From contig NC_058368.1 in the NCBI RefSeq assembly GCF_018350175.1, positions 104,038,001 through 104,102,000 on the forward strand: a stretch of DNA of 64,000 nucleotides, in the 5' to 3' direction. Each line of letters starts with the position of its first letter. Position 1 is the first letter of the stretch. A program made the translations under genes and the position numbers. Shown piece by piece: positions 38,101 to 51,070 of this stretch. Source of the DNA: Felis catus (Eukaryota). The notes under the pieces are model-generated. The model worked only from the letters and a program-made list of their open reading frames with translations, was not told the DNA's origin and searched no databases.

Positions 38101-39989
38101 TTTGCTAAATATCATCTGCGGAAGGGGTGATAAACAGGAAATACGGACACCTATAAAGCCCTTGAAGCTACAGAATGACATATAACCACAGTATGATGAA
38201 GATGTTAAGAGACCTGCATTAGCTCGGTGATGAGTAACCATATGGCTTGAATAGATTTGTGTTAAAGGTTGCCAGTTATCTATTCCCATGTTACCACACC
38301 TCCTACTGAGGTGAATGCATAGAACCAGGAACATGGTCTTCCTGGAAAAATAGGAGGTGTATCTATATCTAAATCAATATTTTTACAGTCTTTTGTTTGG
38401 GTACCATCAGGCTTCTTACATGTGAAAGGCTTCCTGACATGTGGGTAAATATTAATAAATCAACCCATGATGTTTACAGAGGACAAAACGTATCACTCCC
38501 ATCCTCAGCTTTGCAAACAGTACCTGAGACAGCAAGGTTAAATAATTTTCAGGAGGCCAAGAAGCCTACAGGGGGGCTTCCTGTAGGTGGTTCCACTTCC
38601 TTTCAAATCTGGGAGCTCATCATGTAGGTATTTTTATCCATATAAACCTGTACTGATCTGAGGAAATGAATGAGCATGGAACTGAGTTCCTCCTCCCATG
38701 AATTTCGTTTACAGGAAGTAGTAGGATCCCATAAACACTTTCTTATTTCATGCTTGATATTATTCATTATTCATTTTTGGTATTTGACACTAATAATGAA
38801 CACACCCCAAACAGTATAACGAGACACTGAAATTCCTGATGAGACCCTCATTTAATCAGTTAGGACACAAACGCTGCCCAAAGTTGAAACATTTGAAGCT
38901 TTAGCTGCCCATTTTCCTACGTATTAAGTTTCGCTACCTTTCGAGCTGTCACAGGCACCCTGCTCTTCTAACTCGCTCTGGTCCTGGAGAAAACACAGGC
39001 CTGCCTCGACACATCTTTCTCAATTCAATGACTCCTAGACCAGGGACCCACTCTAAGGAGGAAGTCCTTGATTCAGCAGTTCCATTCAGCAACCACGCAG
39101 GTCCCCAGGGATTAACTCATAGTGAGCTCAAAGACATTGGCCCTCCCCCAAAACACTGTCCAAGGAATGCCTACTGCAGAACCTTGAGGAAGTAGATGTT
39201 AGTTAAAACTGATCCCGAGATGTTTATCAAATCTCCTGAAATAATATCTCCGGTGGTGGGTGCGGGAACCTAGTCCTCCTTGCTTACTCCAGAGTGGTAT
39301 GTTAAATCCAAATTGACCCTGGTTGTACACCATGAAGTCCTTTCAGAACATAAAGGAGAATTCACTGCAAGCAAAATCCAAGTCCAAGTGCTCAAAGAAG
39401 GAGTAAGAAGCAGCCAACATTGCACACAGCTCAGGTTAGGCCCTGAATTCCTTTAGGCCATCCCGCATTTCTTTTTAGCACTGAGGATGTGACCTAGGGC
39501 TTGCCTTCACGGTTACACGATACATGGTTATGCCTATTCTGGATTTCTTAATGCCAGAGATCTAAACCACCATCAGTATAGAACATGAATAAAAATGTTC
39601 ACTGAGGGATGCCAGAGGACATTTCAAACCACAAATTTCCACTGATGTAAACTGAGCCACCCAGGTACCCACTGTGCCACTTCTGAGAAGGGTTTCACCA
39701 GGACAGCAGCTGTAAATGGGAAGTGTCCCAGGAGATCCGGGGCTTAGAGTCACCCAAGTGGTAATATGCCAAAAAACATATCCTTCAAGAAAAACGTGGG
39801 AATTCAGAGTATCTAGGTGTGTAAAAACTTTGTAAACTTTGCAACATTATTGGTGGTAAAATGCGGAAAGCAGGGCTTCGGAATCTCTTGCAACAGGTGG
39901 ATTTCAGTGCCTAAACACTCATGAGAGTTTTGGCCTTCTTGTGCCTCAGAGGTCCGTCAACCTAACTTCAGTCCTTGAGGATCCATTAT

Positions 39990-40235
39990 CCTTAGCTATC
40001 TCAGCTCTCATATCACTTGGTTCCAAATATTTCTTAATTCTGATTTTTTTTTTTAAATTTGAGTTCTTTTTAAGTCTAAGATTTATTCAGTGATGTTATT
40101 TGGTTTCCAACGCGAGATGTTTAAGCTATTCTTCTGTTACTGATTTCTGATATTATTGACAAGTAAGGTCAGATAACAGTCTGGATGATATTATTCCTTT
40201 TGGAATTTCTTAAGGCATCCTATATGGCATAGTGC
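39990..40235 (-). mobile_element. Old L1 ORF2 fragment, antisense
   Basis: T-rich sequence with ttctgttactgatttct..ggtcagataac..ggaatttcttaaggcat typical of antisense L1M. Confidence 0.55.
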
Positions 40236-40236
40236 A

Positions 40237-40677
40237 TTATACTAGTCAGAATTTTCCAGAGAAGCAGAACCAATACGGTATGTAGAGATATATAAGTGGA
40301 GATTTATAATGGGAATTGGCTCATGCAATTATGGAGGTTGTGAAGTCTCACAATATGCCATCTGCAAGCAGCAAAACCAGAAAAGCCCGCGATATCCTTC
40401 AGTCTGAGTTCAAAGGCCCGGGAACATGGAGCTCTGATATTCATGGGCAGAAGATAACAGTTACAGCTCAGAAAGAGATAACAAATTGCCCCTTCTCTAC
40501 CTTTTTGTTCTATTTGCACCCACAGGGCTGGATGTCCACCCACATTGACGAGGGCGATTTTTATTTAAATCCACTGATTCAAATGCTGACCTTGTCCCAA
40601 GACACCGGCACAGACACGCCCAGGTGTCTGGGCAGCTCTTAGCCCGTTCAAATTGACAGATAAAAGTAACCATTGTA
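40237..40677 (-). mobile_element. MLT2 (ERVL) solo LTR
   Basis: Both recalled MLT2 termini in reverse: tagtcagaattttccagagaagcagaaccaata and tcaaattgacagataaaagtaaccat. Confidence 0.85.
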
Positions 40678-41059
40678 TGTGTAGTTTGTTGTATTTTTCT
40701 TTAGTATTAGTTTTCTTTTTCCCAAAAGAATGTACTTTTTGGTTTCATACGTTTATGCCTCCATGTTTCACTTCTGCGTGGTACTTGTGTTGCCCATTCT
40801 GTGTCTGCGGGTGCTGGTGACCACCACGGTCTTCATCATTTTGCAGTACGAGTTCCTAAACGTATAGATTTGCCTGTGATGTGAGAGGTCCAGGGGAGAG
40901 CATTTATCATGTACTATCCGGCCTGTGCTATCATCCTGCCCTCGCTCCTGTCCCCCTCCTCAGAGTCTGCCTGTTGCCAAGGTCCTTGCTCACACCGGGT
41001 GACTTCCCTGAGCGTGCACCACAGGCATGCTCCAAACAGCCTCCCCAGCCCAAAGGCTT

Positions 41060-41700
41060 CCCGTCTGTCCCCAAGGGACAAAGATGAAGCCCTCCCTACA
41101 AAGGATTTGCTTGCCAGCAGCAAAGGGAGTAAGACTGTCTTCAAAGATTGGACCAAGTGATAGTAACTCTAAATATCACATTTATTTGATAACTTGAGAA
41201 CTCAGTTCACAAACATACTAAAAGAGATCACAATATGCCATCTCCAAACACGTCATTTGCACAAAAGAATCATTGTGGGCTGCAGGCATGTGGGTCCCTG
41301 CAACCCCTTATCTTCCTAAAGGCAGGGCTTCCCAGAAGAACTGCTGTCATAAATACCCTCCCTGAGAACTCTAATCACACCCCAAAAGACACTGTCACAA
41401 GACTAGCACATATCCATATAGTTCCCTAAGGGCCCCTTTATCTTTCCAAAAAGTCATTTGTTTTCTCATAAACGTCCTTTCTCGCACTCCTTTTTTCCTA
41501 CTAAGTTAGGTATATAAGACTCCAGTCTCACTGCTTCTTTGGGGTTTTCATTGCTTTTCTATGCAGTCTCTCATACATGTAAAATTATTAACATCGCTAA
41601 AATCTGTATCTTTTCTCCTGTTAATCTGCTGTTTGTCAATCTAATTCACGTGCCACAGTAACTGGACCTGAAAGGGTAGAGGAAAAATTGTCCCTCTTTT
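41060..41700 (+). mobile_element. ERV1 (MER34/MER4-group-like) solo LTR
   Basis: tatataag TATA box; 3' end ttttctcctgttaatctg...aagggtagaggaaaaattgtccctc. Confidence 0.7.
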
Positions 41701-42149
41701 TTAGTATCAAGTAAAGTCCATAAAAAAATTGTGCTGTTCAAAGAATGAAAATACGAATTTTCCATTTTTATTTATTTATTTGTTGGTTGGTTGGTTGGTT
41801 TGTTTATTTTTTGGAGACAGAAAGTAGATGCATGTGAGCAGGGAGGGGGAAAGGGAGAGAGAAAGAATCCTAAGCAGGCTCCATGCCCAGCCCGGAGCCC
41901 AATGCAGGGCTCAATCTCACAACCATGAGATAATGACTTGAGCTGAAATCAAGAGTCAGATGCTTAACAAACTGAGCCACCTAGGTGCTCCAGAATCTTA
42001 ACATTTTTAGATCAGACCTGACCCAACCAAAGGACCTCAATGTTCTTGATAATCCCAGAAGTTCTGGAAGAAGAGATAGGCCAATGAAGATAACATTCCT
42101 AAACCCAATGACTTGTGAGCTCAAAGGCAAAATTATCAACTATTGAGAG

Positions 42150-42619
42150 CATGGAATCTAGAACCCAAATCTCTTGACTCAAATTTTTCTTTTGGTTACT
42201 AATGAGGTTTGGCAAGGTTCCCTATCTTTCGAAGCATCAGTCACATCACTTGCAATGGGGATAATGACTCACAATTCTGCAGATTCATTGGGAGGATTCA
42301 TTGAGATAATGAGCACAGTGATGCATAACAGTGTCACCAAGTGCTTAGGGCTGCTGTGTTGATGGCATGATAGGAAGACAGCCTGAGTCTCACCTACCAG
42401 GAATGTTGTGCACATACTTCTCCCTTCATTTTTTTAAACTTGTTTAAGTGTCACTTGTGTTGGAGATGAGCACCTCATAATTGAATGAAATTAACAACAA
42501 ACCTGCAGTTTCTTCCTATGAGACAAATTATATGAACTTCCTTATACAATAGAAATAGGAACTTGTTACAAAGCCCTTCTTTATACAATCTACCTTCAAG
42601 CCTTCAAGCCACACACACA

Positions 42620-42708
<89 letters not shown>

Positions 42709-42870
42709 CTGGTTAAAAAAATTAAGGCACATATTAGTATTACCATCGTACAGATGAGAAAGCTGAAGTCCAAGCTAAGGGACTTGCCCAAGGGATTAAA
42801 TGGCAGGGAAAAGCACTTGAATCCAGGTGATGAATTCAAAATGCTAGCCTCTTCATACCATACTCTGTGC
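42150..42870. mobile_element. Two MIR relics (+ at ~42150-42350, - at ~42730-42870)
   Basis: atggggataatgac..ggaggattcattgagataat; cagatgagaaagctgaagtcc..gacttgcccaagg. Confidence 0.6.
42623..42708. repeat. (TC)n(AC)n compound microsatellite
   Basis: Directly visible. Confidence 0.98.
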
Positions 42871-43305
42871 TTCATCAACTTGTCCTAAATCCAGAGTATA
42901 ATACTTTGAAAAATCTTACAACTAGTAGGAAAAAAAAACTAATTCCAAAGATACCCCAAATTAACATTATTGCAGACTCCATGTTATATCACATGTTATT
43001 AACCAGCAAACACATCACAAACTATTATATGGACAAGATAAATTCAACCATTCTGAAAATTACTCAGTTTCCATTTTTTGTGAAATATAACAAAAGCCCA
43101 AGAATTTACATTTTGCCTCAGGTTATGCAAACTTTCTCCAGAAACTTTAATAAATATTTGATTTTGATCTTTTTGGGACAATTTGTCTTTGCTTAAGAGC
43201 AGAATGTTGTGCTCAATTGCCTACCAAAACCCATTTAGCAGTATGATCCTAAGACTTCAAGGAGGTATGAAGTTTAGGTTCAATTTTAAGGCCTGTATTC
43301 ATGAT

Positions 43306-43859
43306 TGTAAGGGCCAAAGGCAGGCTGCCCCCAAAAGGTGCTACTTTGGCATATTGACTATTTTACATACAAGTTATACAAGAAGGACACTCAGAACCTC
43401 CTTTGTCCCCCTGAAAGCAGGAAATAAATCTCCCAAGTGAAAGGTACCTTCCTATACCAGGAGGAAGAGACATGCTTTTCACCAGAGATGGGAAATTTAA
43501 AGCCAAGAAGTCAGTTTAAACCACTCCTTGTTTGTTTTTGGGTTTTTTTTTTTTTTGATGACTTTACTACCATAGCCCAAATTCCATTTAGAATTTCTCT
43601 GCCTTGTCAGTTCATCAGGGATTTATTGTCTCTTTGTCTAAAAAGTATAAAGGGGAACCTGGGTGACTCAGTCAGTTAAACATCCAACTTGTGATGTTGG
43701 CTCAGGTCATGATCTCACAGTTTGTGGGTTCCAGCCCAGCATCAGGCTCTGTGCTTATGGTGCAGAGCTTGCTTGGGATTCTCTCTCACTCCCTCTCTCT
43801 CTGCCCTGTATCCTCTCTCTGTCTCCCAAAATAAATAAACTTTTAAAAGTCTATCTTTA

Positions 43860-43898
<39 letters not shown>

Positions 43899-44130
43899 AT
43901 GCATACATACATAAATAAATAAATATAAAGAAACAAGCAAATACATAAATGAAGTGTAAAAAAGTGCCCGCCTGCCTTGGTCATTTCTTTAGGTCTCAGT
44001 TTCATTACTGGTCTTCTGTGAGCATGTAATAAAACTTTGGCTTTTTCTTCTATTGATCTGTCTCATGTCAATTTAATAATTAGTAAGTCAGAAGACCTTG
44101 AAGGAAAGAGAGTGACTTTTCCTTTGCTTC
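43306..44130 (+). mobile_element. MER34-like ERV1 solo LTR with a SINE (43652-43925) inserted at its TATA region
   Basis: tgtaagggcc...ccccaaaa..ctttggcata 5' end; aataaaac; cttttcttctattgatctgtctcatgtcaattt 3' end. Confidence 0.8.
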
Positions 44131-44154
44131 AGATTATATTTTTACCACTGGTAA

Positions 44155-44702
44155 TTTTGTTGGGGAGGAAAATTTTTCCTTTACCTTCAAGGTTCTTCTG
44201 GCTGGTCTATGAATTAAATTGACATAAAATGGATTCACAGGATAAACTCAAATTTAATTATGTGTACACAGGGAATCCACATAAACATGAGAGATTTCAA
44301 AGACAGTCAGGCAAGAGGAGATTTATAGGACATTCTGGACTAAGGAGGAGGGGTTCTGAGTCTGGTGCTATAAAGAGAAGGCAGGCAATTCATAGGAATA
44401 ACGTAAAGAGTCAATGTTTGGTAAACAAACATTTGCTGGGCCATCCAAAAACAATGGGACAGAGAGAGAACTTTGATTGAATAGGCACTGATAGGTTCCT
44501 TCTGTCTACCATACCTAGTTCATATTATACTATAGTTTCTATGGTCGTAGCTCCTTTCCTGGAGAAGTTTATCTAGGTCCTTTCAGGCAGTTAAGGGAAA
44601 GGTCAAAGATTCTTTCTGAGCCTTCTGTTTCTTGAAAACAGTCTAAAATAATCCACGTGCCAAAGAGACACATTTTGAAGAGGCAAATTTTGCTCCCCTA
44701 CA
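44155..44702 (-). mobile_element. MER34-like ERV1 solo LTR, tail-to-tail with the previous one
   Basis: Reverse complement starts tgtaggggagcaaaatttgcctcttcaaaatgtgtctctttggcacgtggattatttt and ends ggaaaaattttcctcccca. Confidence 0.8.
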
Positions 44703-45236
44703 GTTGCATCAATATGAGTAAGTTTAATTCACATGGAAGGTTGCCATTATTAATAGGGGAACAAATTCATTACCAAGCTATATTTGCTAAGAATTAATTG
44801 ATGTTCACAAAGTCTTTTGAAACTAATATCTTCTGGATCTTAGGAAAATGTAAATCAATGTATTACTGCTACTGAATATCTCCTAGGACTCTGGTCCTAC
44901 CACATAAGATTTAAACATCCAGATTCTATGCCAGTGTCTAAGGCATTTTGTTTTGATCTTAAAAATTCTTTCCTCCCCAGTAACAATGAAAATCCTCATT
45001 TGTTCCATTAGTTTCTATTGCTACATAACTCGTTTACATCACCTCCATTATCCAGGTTGCAAACCTCCAGAATTCTCAAGCACCCAGACTACCTCAGAAC
45101 CTAATAGTTCAAAGGAAAAGAAAGCAAGAATTGGTGACTTAAAAAGCACAGGAAAACCAATTAAAAAGAGAAACATCTCTAAGAATAACTAAAAACACAA
45201 TTTTTGGAGGCTTGCCAGAAGGAAAAGAGCATTCTG

Positions 45237-45550
45237 CTCTTCTTCTTCTCCTTCTCCTTCTCCTCCTCCTCCTCCTCCTCCTTCTCCTTCTCCTCCTCCT
45301 CCTCCTCCTCCTCCTCCTCCTTTCTCCTCCTCCTCCTCCTTCTTCTCCTTCTCCTCCTCCTCCTCCTCCTCCTTCTCCTCCTCCTCCTCCTCCTCCTCCT
45401 TCTTCTTCTTCTTCTCCTCCTCCTCCTCCTCCTCCTTCTTCTTTCTTCTTCTTTCTTCTTCTTTCTTCTTCTTCTTTCTTCTTCTTCTTCTTCTTCTTCT
45501 TCTTCTTCTTCTTCTTCTTCTTCTTCTTCTTCTTCTTCTTCTTCTTCTTC
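45237..45550. repeat. ~310 bp (CTT)n/(CCT)n polypyrimidine triplet tract
   Basis: Directly visible; pure (CTT)n at ~45480-45550, CCT-rich at ~45260-45435. Confidence 0.98.
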
Positions 45551-45760
45551 AAGTTTGTTAGTTTGTTTATTTTGAGAGAGACAACAGAGAAAGCAGGACC
45601 AGGAGGGGACAGAGAGAGGGAGAGAGAGAAAATCCCAAGCAGGTTCTGCATTGTCAGCACAGAGCCCAAGGCAGGGCTCAAACTCATGAAATCATGAGAT
45701 CATGACCTCAGCCCACACCGAGAGTGGGACACTTAACCAACTGAGCCAACCAGGCGTCCC
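45237..45760 (-). mobile_element. CanSINE whose tail is a (GAA)n/(GGA)n expansion
   Basis: TSD gagcattctg (45227-45236 / 45761-45770) brackets the SINE body and the triplet tract together. Confidence 0.93.
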
Positions 45761-48215
45761 GAGCATTCTGGTTTTCTGGTGACCAGGTCTGACTCTTTGT
45801 ATGAGGCCATAATGCGATGGGGAAACAGAAGATGATAAGAAATAAAGCAGAAGAAAGGAGAAACAGGCAGTAAAGAGGAAAGAGTGGTGAGCAGGGAGCC
45901 CAGCATCCACTCAGGCAGAAGACAGCAAGCCTCTCTGCTGACAGGGTCACCCTCTCTGTTTGAGTCACTCATGCTTCACCACCCTGCAAGTGCCAACCCC
46001 AGACCACTGCGTGTCAGAGATGACCTCCACCTGGCACATAGTCTGGAGCCCAACCTGTCCTTGCAGTTACCATGAGAACAAGTAAAGCACATTCAGTACT
46101 GATCATACCGTCTAACTTTTTTTAAGCTTATTAATTTATTTATTTGAGGAAGAGAGAGTGCAAGAGAGACAGAGAGGGAGAGCAACAGAGCCCAACACAA
46201 GGCCTGAACTCATGAACCATGAGATCATGACCTGAGCCGAAATCAAGAGTCGGATGCTTAACCAACTGAGCCACCCAGCCACCACCCCACACTGAATTTT
46301 TCTAAAGAAGGCTTGCAAGTGTATTCGGCATTGCTTCTAAGTTATCCCCACTAAATAGAGTCTCCCATGCTTTGAGAGGCCATTCAGGGAAGAATAGCCA
46401 TACCTGGCTTCCATCCACCCATTCAAATGCTGCATCCAAAGGACCCAACTGGGAATCTTACAGCTCCCCTACTTCCTCAAGGAAACTTGCCCTCTTTCTG
46501 GGCCTCAGACTTGCTTAATAAAACACATTTCAAGGGGCACCTGGGTGGTTCAGTCGTTTAAGCATATGACTCTTGATTTCAGCTCAGGTCATGATCTCAT
46601 AATTTGTGGTTTCAAGCCCCACATTAGGCTCTGTGCTGACAGCTCTGAACCTGCTTGGGATTCTCTCTCTCCCTCTCTCTAAATAAACAAACATTTAAAA
46701 GGAAACACATTTCACATGTCTTCCTCCCTTCACAGGTGACAGACGGCCAGGAAACAGGTTGGATTTGAAGAAAATCCATTAACAGCAATAACCTAATTGT
46801 ATTAGATTTTTCTCCCTTCGTGATAATTCGGAAAAACAACTGCCCAGTACAATGATCCCCAATCTCTTAAGCATCAGACTGGTCTGAATTTGCAGTGTAT
46901 TTTGCCCCCCGATACACACACACCAACACTAATCATGGAATGTTCTGGTTCATGGGACGAGAGCTGGAGCCACCCGTCACATCTCATATTTCAGTTTTAC
47001 CAAAAAGTGGATCGAGTGGGGAATTCCAGTTGGGTGGAGATTGCAGGCGGTGTTTCCCTCAGAGCAGGTGTGTGAGGATGTGGAGGTGTTTTGTTTTTTT
47101 TTTTAATCAGTCTAACCAAGTCAAGTTTTCCAGGGCACAGACCTGAAAAGAAATTTCTCTTCTCTGAGGCCAGTGCAAGCCCTGGGAAATTACCCAAGTA
47201 TAAAAATGGTCCCTGGCTTGTTTTCTTTCTGTGCTTTGTCTTGGGTAAGCTTGTCATTAAGTACCACCCAAAATACGCCAACCATTTTTGTCGTACTTGC
47301 CTCTCAAAACATAGTCTTTCACACTTGAGCCTGTGACGGTGGATTTGTCAGGACCAGATACTGTGATATTCAGTGTTGTCAGGAGAAACAATCACATCCC
47401 AGCACTGGCACGTGCCATTTTCCCTGTGGCCATTCAGTGACGATCAATGGAAAACACTGACGGTGACCAACAAGAGCACAGTGATTCAAAGCGAACAAAC
47501 TATCTTCGCAAATGCCCCACAGAAGGGCAGAGGGGGCATATGAATTTCCTGGAAAAATCAGAGTATGGATGGCTCTGATTAAACACCGATTTGGAAGAAA
47601 ATAAGAGGAGGTAGATAATGTGATTTTAAGGTGCTAGAATTTAATGATATTAACACTGTACACATTTGATTGTTGTCCTCTGCCTAAGCTTTCAAAGAGG
47701 GTAGGAGACAGGCCAGTAACAAAAAATATTTTCCAGGAAGGAAAATGTCCATGTGTGGGTTTTACTCAGTCCCGGGGACCTACTTTCATAGCTCTGTGTA
47801 CAAGAAAGCAGCAGTTTTTCTTTTTCCCAATTTATGTTATGTCAGCAGAAATAGGTCGCCTAGTTTTTTCTCTCACAAAGGCAGTGGGAGAGCAAAGAAC
47901 AGGCAGGGTTACCCATGGAAGGACATTCATGCACAGAGACTAAGCACTCACCATCTATGTATTGATAATGAAAAAACTAACAAACAAAAACAAGTGACAG
48001 TAATCATGCACACAATTTCCCCCCTTTTTTTTGTTTCTAAAATTACATGTATAATTAATGTCCCCATGGGACACAACTCTCTCTCTCTTCTGTGTCCTAT
48101 GAAAATGTGCGACACAGGTTCTAGCCCGTGTGCCCTGCCTCACTCCAGACCAGCCATCTTGGTCTCCTGTTGCTCCTTTTGGAAAGCCTGTCAAATGTGC
48201 CAGCCTCCTTCCTGC

Positions 48216-48887
48216 TGAAGGGGAGGAGAGACTTTTCCTTGACCCTCTCAGGTTGTTTGGCTGGGGCCCAGGAATTGAACTGACTCAGCCAGTTAAGCCT
48301 CTGACTTTTGGTTTCGGCTCGAGTCATGATCTCACTGCTCATGGGAGCCTGCTTGGCTTTCTCTCTCCCTCTCTCTCTGCCCCTCCCCTACTCATGCTCT
48401 TTTCCAAAATACATAAAAATAAAAAATGTAATAAGAAAAATACATGGGTGTTTTCCTAGACAGAAGTGAAAACCCCGAAGAAGCAATTACACCTGGGGCT
48501 TGGGTACCAGTACAGCAAAGAGCAATAAATTGCAGAGAGGTGACAAGACAAAGGAAAAGTGGTTTGGGGCTAAAAGCAGTAAAGTGTGAAAAAGCGCCTA
48601 GGAAATACAAGGAGGAAGTTAGCACCAAAAAAAATGTTGTTTTCCTAAGGCTTGTTTGTGCAGACTCATCTTGTGTTGACGCCCTGCGTAAAAAGGTAAG
48701 AAAGCGCTCCTCTTCCCGGCACAGGGAGGGCACCTTGCTTCCAGGAGAGCTACGCTCCACTTTTAGGCACCAAGGGAGAGGTCAGAGAGCTCTTCCCGTA
48801 TCTGCTGTTTCTCAACCACCTTCAGCTCTCAATGTGCAGTATGCCAAAGCAGACCTTTTTTGGGGTGGCCTGTTCTGATCCCCCTCG
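48216..48887 (-). mobile_element. MER34/MER39-like ERV1 solo LTR interrupted by a SINE (~48280-48440)
   Basis: Reverse complement starts ggggatcagaacaggccaccccaaaa..ctttggcata; LTR 3'-end motif at 48216-48280. Confidence 0.7.
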
Positions 48888-48949
48888 CTGCCCTGACTGT
48901 ACCTTGGCCAGACATTCGGCAGTTTGTATCATGACTACTTAACCATTCT

Positions 48950-49255
48950 TATCTCTGCTGAAATGCCTTCCCCTCAGCAAGGTCGTTCCTTACCTTCCGG
49001 TCTAAATCAGCATAGTCTTCATTCCTCTCTCACTCCAGAATTCCTTATCACAGCTCCCCTCTTTTTTTAATGGCATTTTGTTTCCAATATCTCAACGTAT
49101 AGTCAATGTATTTGTTGGTTTACTTGTTGATTGACTTTGGCCTCCTCTAGACTGAGGGCAAAGACTATGTCTGCTTGTTCTCCAAACTACCCCAGCACTT
49201 AGTACAGTATATGGTCCGGAGTGGGTGCTGCATAAATATCTGTTAAATAAATGAG
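48950..49255 (+). mobile_element. L2 3' end
   Basis: ctagactgagggcaaagactatgtctgcttgttc..cccagcacttagtacagt..ataaatatctgttaaataaatga. Confidence 0.7.
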
Positions 49256-49789
49256 CACAGAGAGATCAGGACAAACATCCCACTGTTGACAGTGCTAGTC
49301 TCCAGGTGGTGAGATCACGGCTGCCACATTTTGTCTCTTCGGCCGACATATACTTTCTGGTTTGTTGGTTTTTCCAAATGCCTTGCTTCCCTAATAAGAA
49401 AATAATTTATTTGTACATTTAAAAAAGATGGTTGTTAATGCTAACAACATACTGAAATGCTTTTTTAATTTCAAGCAACCACACAATTGTAGAGAAGCTC
49501 AAGGCTTTCCAATAGCTCCAGTGAATGCTCACTTCTAAACTTGACCAAGGAGGTTACTAGACTGAATACAAATCAAGGGACAGTGAGACTTCATGAAAAG
49601 TTCATGGGTTTCAGATTTAGCCAGATGTAGGTTCCCTTAATTATCTATTTCCCAGCTCCATGCACGTGGACAAATGATCTCTATTTCTCTGAGGTTATTT
49701 TCCTTATTTATAAATTATTCACTGAAACTTTCAGCCATTGCTTCATATCTAATATTTTGCTTCTCATAATATTCATGATACCAATTCCT

Positions 49790-51070
49790 TTTTTAAAAAG
49801 TTTATTTATTTTGAGAGAGACAAACAGGGGGAGGGGCAGAGAAAGAAAATCCCAAGCAGGCGCCGCATGGGGCTCATGACCTGAGCTAAAATCAAGAGTT
49901 GAACACATAACCCACTGAGCCACCCAGACGCCTCCTAAGTTAACTCTTAGAAATTAACTCTTCTTGAAAAAAAAAGCATGAAAATTAAAACCTCATGTGT
50001 AGTTTGGCCCAAATAAACTGCTAACATTTAACCATTTTTTCAACTTAAAAACAAACTGGTGATTTGACAGGATTCAATGTAAAGGGTGTTTTTGAACCTG
50101 AGTGTTCAGGAGGACACCTAACACTGGACTGTGGAGTCAGCTGAGGCAATGCCCAAACGGCTCAAGTTCCCCAAGTGGCCCAACCTGAAGGGACCTTCTG
50201 CTAGTTCAAAGTCCAGAAGCCATCCAAGAGCAAAACTTCTTATTTTAATGTCCCATGATTTTTGCTGTTGTTGTTGTTTATTCATTTTGAGAGAAAGGGA
50301 GAGGGAGAGAGACAGAGAAAGAGAATGAATCCCAAGCACGCTCTGTACCATCAGCACAAAGCCTGATGTCGGGCTTGAACCCATGAACCATGAGATCAGA
50401 ACCTAAGCCAAAGTCAGATGCTTAACTGAAAGAGCCACCCAGGAGGCCCAATGTCCCTTTATTTCAATCAGAATTTTATTAAGTTCCAGAGGCATCTGGG
50501 TGGCTCAGGCGGTTAAGCAACCAACTCTTGATTCCGGCTCGGGTCATGATCTTGTTGTCATGAGATGGAGCAGGGCTCTGCACTGAGTCGGGGAACCTGC
50601 CTAAGATTCTCCTTCTGCCCCTCCACACTCTCTCTCTCTCTCTCAAAAGCAAAACAAAACAGGGGTGCCTGGGTGGCTCAGCTGGTTAAGCATCCAACTC
50701 TGGCTCAGGTCATGATCTTACGGTTTGGGAGTTTGAGCCCCATGTCGGGCTCTGGGCTAACAAGTTGGAGCCTGGAGCCTGCTTCAGATTCTGTGTCTCC
50801 CTCTCTCTGCCCCTCCCCCACTCACGCTCTCTATCTCAAAAATAATAAACATTAAGAAAAAAGATTAAAAAATTTTTTAATGTTTATTTTTGAGAGAGAC
50901 AGAGGGTGAGCAGGGCAGGGGCAGGGAGACAGGGAAACACAGAATCTGAAGCAGGCTCCAGGCTCTAAGCTGTCAGCACAGAGCCTGACGTGAGGCTCAA
51001 ACCCACAAACCATGAGATCATGACCTGAGCTGAAGTCAGATGCTTAACCAACTGAGCCATCCAGGTGCTC
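49790..51070. mobile_element. CanSINE cluster (- 49790-49935, - 50260-50449, + 50489-50660, + 50662-50870, - 50873-51070)
   Basis: Heads and tails recognisable. Confidence 0.9.

Noticed and set aside
38561..38590. Short inverted repeat cctacagg/cctgtagg
   Set aside because: An 8 bp stem is expected by chance in 64 kb
45139..45697. Three long ORFs (182, 123 and 161 aa) with poly-K/E/G/R, poly-S/L and poly-L/P/F runs
   Set aside because: Translations of the CTT/CCT triplet tract plus SINE; stop-free by composition
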